In this document: positions 5,329 through 7,564 of the stretch, one piece after another
How the letters are laid out: each line of letters starts with the position of its first letter
Position numbering within the stretch: the first letter of the stretch is position 1
From: Nitrososphaerota archaeon
GTDB lineage: Archaea > Thermoproteota > Nitrososphaeria_A > Caldarchaeales > Calditenuaceae
Direction of reading: 5' to 3'
DNA length: 7,564 nucleotides
Assembly: GCA_038741355.1 (NCBI GenBank)
Contig: JAVYLC010000059.1
Location: forward strand, 1 to 7,564
Translations under genes and position numbers: made by a program
The notes under the pieces: generated by a model
What the model was told of the DNA's origin: nothing
The model's database searches: none
Seen by the model: only the letters and a program-made list of their open reading frames with translations

Positions 5329-5848
5329 GTAGGGGGCGGTTTGGGCCTTTAACGGTCTTCTATCTGCCCATTTGCCGGTGTTCATCTTCTCTTGAACTTT
5401 TCAAAGTATGCCTTTGCGCGTCTCCTGCCCATCTCTGTAGAAATTTCGCTTAGGTTGTCCAACCTGCTTTCAATTGCTTGGCAACAGCTCATCTAATCGG
5501 CATACCGTTAGCCTCCCTAAGCAACCGCAATGTCCAGAGCCTGTAGGCCTCTCTCATCGTATGCGGCATAGTCCCCAGCCACTCTAGAAATCTTTGAACA
5601 TCTTCTTTTCTTCCAAGAGCCAGCAGGTAGCACTTCCTCTTTCTCACATATTGTTTGCCGTGATGGATTAATAGTTTGCGTCCAGCTTTATCATTAGATG
5701 CTACACGTAGTAGTCCTCGGTGATTTTTACGTACAATCAGATTTAATAGAAATAAGGGAGATGCTGGACTCGACAAAGGGAATGAGAAAAATTCACTGAT
5801 TATCTGAACTTCTTCGAATTCATTTTTTATCTGAGGGTAATAAAGGCT
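5329..5848 (-). pseudogene. Truncated, decayed paralog of the LAGLIDADG-like gene at 1..810.
   Basis: The minus-strand translation ...KEDVQRFLEWLGTMPHTMREAYRLWTLRLLREANGMPIR* matches ...KDGVRRFLEWLGPIPHPTKEAYRLWALRLLNGANGMPVRW. Nucleotide homology continues past the premature TGA (5489-5491, corresponding to TGG at 565-567) down to about 5329. There are single-nt deletions near 5465 and near 5397. The upstream part (5610-5848) is much more diverged and has no good start codon. Confidence 0.65.
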
Positions 5849-5995
5849 TTAGAGGAGGATATTAAAGCCATGCCTGACTACAATCTAAAACTTTTTTACG
5901 AATACAAACTTATAATTGAATATATTCGGAATATGGGTTATGAATACCTTGCCAAGTACTTTGAAAAAGTATGAGCAATCTACGTTACGATCGCG

Positions 5996-6406
5996 TTGAA
6001 GGAAAAAGTCGATAAAATTTTTGTCTATGGAACTCTGAAGAGGACCGAATTTTTACCCAACTTGACTAAAACTGGAGAGATAAGGTATGTCTGAAGGAGT
6101 AGAATATAAGCAAAATTATACGATTTGGGAGTACATCCTAGAGCTGCAGAGCATGAGGGGAGCTATGTTTACGGTAAGGTGTATGAGGACCAAAATATAG
6201 ATAAGATTTTACCATTGTTAGGCTAATATGAAGATTTCTATCCCGATAAGCTAGAAAGCAGTTTGTTTATTAGAAAAGTTATGGATATATTTATATTTAT
6301 GGAGAATGGAGAGTGTGAGAGGGCTTATGTTTATATCTATATCGGAAACTTGGAAGGAAGAACAGTAATCTCCACAGGGTTATTGGAGAAGAGAGATAAA
6401 GAGTGA
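5996..6406 (+). pseudogene. Gamma-glutamylcyclotransferase / AIG2-like (GGCT-like) pseudogene.
   Basis: Frame 2 reads (K)EKVDKIFVYGTLKRTEFLPNLTKTGEIRYV*RSRI*AKLYDLGVHPRAAEHEGSYVYGKVYEDQNIDKILPLLG*YEDFYPDKLESSLFIRKVMDIFIFMENGECERAYVYIYIG... The family hallmarks are present: IFVYGTLKR, YDLG-x-(Y/H)P, V-x-G-x-VYE, L-x-x-YE and A-x-VYIY. In-frame stops lie at 6092 (TGA), 6107 (TAA) and 6224 (TAA), and the frame ends with TGA at 6404. None of these pieces is in the supplied ORF track; I translated this frame by hand. Confidence 0.6.
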
Positions 6407-6563
6407 CTTCATGAGCTAAATATTGATGGGGAGATTACTTGTGGCGTAATCGATAAACTCATGCTTTAAATTCTTTAACACTAAGTCCTCTTTCTCAGCG
6501 TCCCTGAATGCTCTACCTTCTTCAACCACCAACCATCAACTCCCAACCTTTTTCATCTCTCTC

Positions 6564-7400
6564 TTAATATTTCTTTTTACCTAACGCGAGACAAAATCCG
6601 TGGAAAACGAAGGTCTTTGAACTTTTCATAAGGGTTTCAAACTCCCCATCTGCTTGTTTCAAGATTTCTTGGGTAACTAAATGCTCATCCAATAATCCTT
6701 GTAGTGTCTGACGGATAATCTCCTTTGAGCCATTCACCCATAGCTGTAGTTTCTCCCTCTCATCGGAAGTAATAGTCCACGCACGGCCTTCCACCCTCAC
6801 GTCTTTAAGCCCGGCCTGTAGAAACAATCCATAAAGTTTCCGCGCCACCCAAGGATCACCGCCACGCGAACGTTGAAAAATGAAAATCCCGTGCCATACA
6901 CGTTCGATGGCGGGCGACTCCGGGTAGATTATAAAGCATCCATTTTCCCACTCATAGGCACAGACCCAGCCACCCGGTTTAACCACGCGGGACATCTCTT
7001 GCAAGACTATGAGGGGGTTAGCTACGTGTTCTAGAAGGAAGCGGCAATAAGCCCCGTCGAAAGAATTGTTCCGAAAACTCAAAGTATTTGCATCGCCTTG
7101 CACAAAACATACATTCCTAATATCCCGACTCCGCGCTAACCGCCTAGCAGTTCTTATTTGAACATCCTGAAAGTCGAGGCCGATTAAATCTTCAGGAGCC
7201 ACTTGAATGGCAACCTCCCGCGCGATTGCCCCCGTCCCGCAGCCAACATCTAAGATCCGCATGCCAGCATCCAGCTGAGGAAGGAAATCAGCTCCACCCA
7301 ACACCTTAGCCAGAGCCTCCAGTCTCTGTTGCTCAGATGGATCAGTGCCATGAATATAATAGGGTTTGAGAGGTTTGACTTCGCTCATGCTCTTATACAT
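6564..7400 (-). CDS. Class I SAM-dependent methyltransferase (Methyltransf_11/25-like). Substrate unknown.
   Basis: Motif I is RILDVGCGTGAIA. The acidic post-I residue is in LIGLDF, motif II-like is VQGDA, and motif III-like is VVKPGGWV. A C-terminal region of about 100 aa follows, which may be a substrate or dimerisation domain. ATG at 7400 (alternative ATG at 7388), TAA stop. Confidence 0.85.
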   Translation of the reverse strand: MYKSMSEVKPLKPYYIHGTDPSEQQRLEALAKVLGGADFLPQLDAGMRILDVGCGTGAIAREVAIQVAPEDLIGLDFQDVQIRTARRLARSRDIRNVCFVQGDANTLSFRNNSFDGAYCRFLLEHVANPLIVLQEMSRVVKPGGWVCAYEWENGCFIIYPESPAIERVWHGIFIFQRSRGGDPWVARKLYGLFLQAGLKDVRVEGRAWTITSDEREKLQLWVNGSKEIIRQTLQGLLDEHLVTQEILKQADGEFETLMKSSKTFVFHGFCLALGKKKY

Positions 7401-7421
7401 TCTGCCCTATAGTCTTCAGAC

Positions 7422-7427
7422 ATATAA
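7422..7427 (-). promoter_or_regulatory. TATA-like box (TTATAT on the minus strand) for the methyltransferase gene.
   Basis: It is centred about 25 nt upstream of the ATG at 7400 (leaderless geometry). Confidence 0.35.
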
Positions 7428-7464
7428 GCATTGTTTATGTGAGCATAAGCTTTTTAAAATTATT

Positions 7465-7480
7465 CAGCCTAGAAAGGCTG
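7465..7480 (-). terminator. 6-bp hairpin (CAGCCT-AGAA-AGGCTG) followed on the minus strand by AATAATTTTAAAAA. Possible 3'-end signal of a minus-strand gene entering from the right edge.
   Basis: The hairpin is read directly from the sequence. A minus-strand frame is open from the window edge to the TAG at 7508-7510 (...LHKRPPKSDGNANVEVFT*), so a gene may end just upstream. That frame is too short to annotate. Confidence 0.2.
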
Positions 7481-7564
7481 GCTAGCTTTTGTGGATGATT
7501 GAAACGTCTAAGTGAAAACCTCAACATTGGCGTTGCCGTCCGATTTAGGAGGTCTCTTATGTAG

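Noticed and set aside
5870-6406. Stop-codon reassignment or programmed readthrough as an explanation for the in-frame TGA/TAA codons in the GGCT-like frame.
   Set aside because: TGA, TAA and TAG all terminate well-supported genes in this same window: tes and the HTH gene use TGA, the LAGLIDADG-like gene and the methyltransferase use TAA, and the RAM gene and sufS use TAG. Recoding is therefore implausible, and pseudogenisation is the simpler reading.
7545-7564. AGGAGG followed by ATG at 7559 at the right edge, as the start of a plus-strand gene.
   Set aside because: The ATG is immediately followed by TAG (atg tag), so no ORF can start there.
7437-7564. Minus-strand frames open from the right edge: one of about 18 codons ending at the TAG at 7508-7510, and another of about 43 codons ending near 7437.
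   Set aside because: They are too short and motif-free to call a partial CDS. I mention them only as context for the hairpin at 7465-7480.
1-7564. Scan for tRNA, rRNA, CRISPR repeats, transposase/IS termini, toxin-antitoxin pairs and known defence-system genes.
   Set aside because: I found no T-loop/acceptor-stem arrangement, no regularly spaced direct repeats, no DDE or serine/tyrosine recombinase motifs, and no recognisable defence or TA domains by eye. Absence cannot be proven without HMM searches.

Overview
The window looks archaeal, probably a thermophilic TACK/Thermoproteota-type genome. This is inferred from AGG/AGA-rich Arg usage, TATA-like boxes about 25-35 nt upstream of start codons (mostly leaderless geometry), oligo-T terminators and the gene content. 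Five intact genes are well supported. (1) A 3'-partial-window LAGLIDADG (I-DmoI-like) homing-endonuclease-like gene at 1..810 (+). (2) A 567-aa MJ0619/COG1964-type radical SAM enzyme at 1235..2938 (-), the family of tetraether lipid synthase Tes/GDGT-MAS. (3) Divergent from it, a small HTH regulator at 3103..3474 (+), followed by a protein made of two tandem Lrp/AsnC-type RAM ligand-binding domains at 3511..4014 (+). (4) A group II cysteine desulfurase SufS at 4011..5249 (-). (5) A class I SAM-dependent methyltransferase at 6564..7400 (-). Between sufS and the methyltransferase lies a decayed, visibly AT-rich stretch of about 1.3 kb with two pseudogenes. One is an inverted, truncated paralog of the LAGLIDADG-like gene, with a nonsense mutation and at least two 1-nt deletions. 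The other is an AIG2/gamma-glutamylcyclotransferase-like gene whose reading frame is preserved but interrupted by in-frame stops. I see no rRNA, tRNA, CRISPR array, transposase or recognisable defence system. The points most worth follow-up are: the inverted ~280-bp paralogous segments bracketing the tes-regulator-sufS block; the tes / HTH + 2xRAM divergent arrangement (a possible ligand-responsive control module for membrane-lipid synthesis); the Cys-rich C-terminal tail on the radical SAM enzyme; and the pseudogene island. All family assignments come from motif recognition by eye and need HMM or BLAST confirmation.
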